This document shows positions 51,241 through 53,235 of a DNA stretch of 53,235 bases, one piece after another. Positions within the stretch are counted from its first letter, which is position 1, and every line of letters starts with the position of its first letter. Location: NCBI GenBank assembly GCA_012026655.1, contig JAAILG010002566.1, forward strand, positions 1 through 53,235, given 5' to 3'. A model generated the notes under the pieces. It saw only the letters and a list, made by a program, of their open reading frames with translations. It made no database searches and was not told the DNA's origin. Position numbers and translations under genes: made by a program. The stretch is from Hydrolagus affinis (taxonomy: Eukaryota).

Positions 51241-52579
51241 AGCCATGCTGTGAATGCACAGTCTGTGTTGTCTACCCATGCGTCAGCCACCTGCCTCCTG
51301 CTGGGAAAACACTGCAATTATTTGATGTGAAAGGGTGGAGCTGTGGCTAACTGCGCAGTGTATTTTAAGCAGGTCCCGATTAGATGACTGTCCGCTAATT
51401 AAAATAATAGGGACAGTTGTCAGTCAGTTAAACCGCTATCAATCTTGTGCTGGATTAACCCTGAATCTCCTTTACAGTTTCTATAATGTGTTTCATCAGA
51501 TCGCTCTGCGCGCATTGAATATTGTTCTTTGCTCAATCCACTGTTTCATCGCAGACTGTTTGTGTGGAGGGTGGGGAAGGGAGGGGTGGGGGTGGGGGGA
51601 CGACAACGACATTGCTGTGCGCAATTGGCTGCCCCGTTTCACCCACAAAATGTGCAGTCAGTTCACTTTACAGTATTTTCTGTGAAATGTTTTGAGACAC
51701 AGTCACTCTGGAAAACGTGATAAGGTGTTATATCAAACACAAGGATCGTTGTTAGACAGTAAAATGCAGGCGGCTCGCAAACTGCTCACCCTGCTCCCCT
51801 CTCACTCTGGGTGTTAACTCTCAGCCTGCTCCCCTCTCACTCCTGTGTGGGTGGGGAGGTAGGTTGCTTTGTGGGGGGGGGGGGTTAGATTGCTGTGTGT
51901 GTGTGGGGTGGGGGGGGGTTGTTAGATTGCTGTATTGGTGGGGGGAGTGTTTAGATTGCTGTGTTGGTGGGAGTTTCTGTTCAGGGGCTGCGAGGGGGGA
52001 GACACACACAATGATGTCAGGAGAATCAGCGGGGATTACAATTAAATGTATGATGACATCAGTACCACAACCCTTTTGAACTAGAATAGCCGATGATTCT
52101 TCTCATGTCAGCTGTAATTAGGGAGTGAGCTGGAGATCGCAGGCCTTGATCCCGCACTGAGGGGTGTCTTTAACAGTGGACCTCTCGCTCTTTGATATGA
52201 GCTCCAGCCGCTGGAAGTTGTCCGCAAGCCTTTGATGAATAAACAGAGGCTGGTTGGGTTGACAGGCTGAGCTCAGGAGATGATGGGACAGATAAACACC
52301 AAGCCAGACATTTGTCGCCTGAGAAAGTTTTTTTTTGGGTGGAGAGAAAATAAAACCAATCGAGCAAGTATATTAATTAATCAAAGTGCATGGGGAGTAA
52401 GTCTGGGAGTATTGAGAGGAAGAGTGTTGGAGAGATGAGCCTTTGTAAGCAGAGGTAACACTATCTCTGTGATACATACAGGTCACAGCAGAGATGCATT
52501 ATTTTCGAGCCTTCATTTCCTCTACTTGATATCAAGCTTCAACTCTGAGCAGAAGGTATCTCCTCTCTCTCCCATCTTC

Positions 52580-52873
52580 AGGGCAAATCCTTGGGCAAGT
52601 TTGCTTACTCCACGCGCCTAATAATCATCCCTCAGAAAAACCCACAATAATAATTTGGTCATTTTTAACCCACGACTCTTTGTGGGGGTGGTGGTGGGGG
52701 TGGGGACGCTGCTGTGCGCAATTGGCTGCCGCGTTTCGCCCACAAATATATACAGTACAGTCAACTCACTTTGCGGTATACTCTGTGAAGCGCTTTGGGA
52801 CGTCTGGAAGATGTGAAAAGCCGCTTATGTCAAACGCCAGGATTATTATTATTATTATTATTCGTTATTATTA
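52580..52873 (+). mobile_element. 5'-truncated SINE copy
   Basis: CCTTGGGCAAGTTTGCTTACTCC through GTGAAGCGCTTTGGGACGTC and (ATT)n tail. Confidence 0.85.
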
Positions 52874-53235
52874 TCTTCACCTTACTGTGAACACACACAG
52901 GATTAGGATTTCAGCAGGAAAATACTGCACCTTCCTCGGAGGAGGGTTGGTTTCAGTGGGGAAACCGTAATTTTTATAATGAGGGCCAACTGGACAATGT
53001 TTCTTAAGCATCAGCACTTTTTGTAAAAAAAAATAAAGTTGAACAAAGTAAATGACAATAGTTCCCGATCAGTGGTGCTTTCTGCCGTCTATAGCAACAT
53101 TAATGATGGAATTGTTAGACCAAACCAGCTTGCCACAAGCCACACAATGAAAACCCAACTGGGCTGTAATTATATAACCTGCTGGTACTCAGCGACAATG
53201 TAAATTCCAGGAATACTTCTTACAGTGAGGTGGGG

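Noticed and set aside
51002-51330. Gly- and Pro-rich repetitive ORFs
   Set aside because: Translations of a C-rich minisatellite that is open in several frames on both strands.
52123-52320. About 66-codon open frame on the - strand after CTTTCTCAG (ATNVWLGVYLSHH...DLQLTP*)
   Set aside because: No recognisable homology and no partner exons; this length can arise by chance. BLASTX or RNA-seq would be needed to reconsider it.

Overview
Vertebrate genomic DNA, not prokaryotic. The repeat content (tRNA-Ala-headed Deu-type SINEs, L2 and CR1 tails, Penelope-like palindromes) suggests a cartilaginous fish, possibly a chimaera; this is inference. The + strand carries the 3' part of PSMD1 (26S proteasome subunit RPN2): eight coding exons from 13760 to the stop at 30023, then a probable non-coding last exon with a polyA signal at 31171. 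The first two coding exons of the serotonin receptor HTR2B (8793-9258 and 879-1079) lie on the - strand inside the preceding long PSMD1 intron, the same nested antisense arrangement as in human. I recognise no protein-coding exons from about 31.3 kb to the end; that part is repeat-rich and has a 100-N gap. Nearly all other ORF-track entries are spurious. Most notable observations: two TSD-flanked fold-back insertions with a Penelope-type minimal hammerhead ribozyme core, a GC splice donor in each gene, an unexplained 45-bp inverted repeat pair around about 855 bp of old sequence, a Leu>His change in a conserved RPN2 motif, and a 5-HT2A/2C-like ICL2 in HTR2B. I cannot support a wholly new biological system from this sequence alone. 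Repeat boundaries were placed by eye and are approximate.
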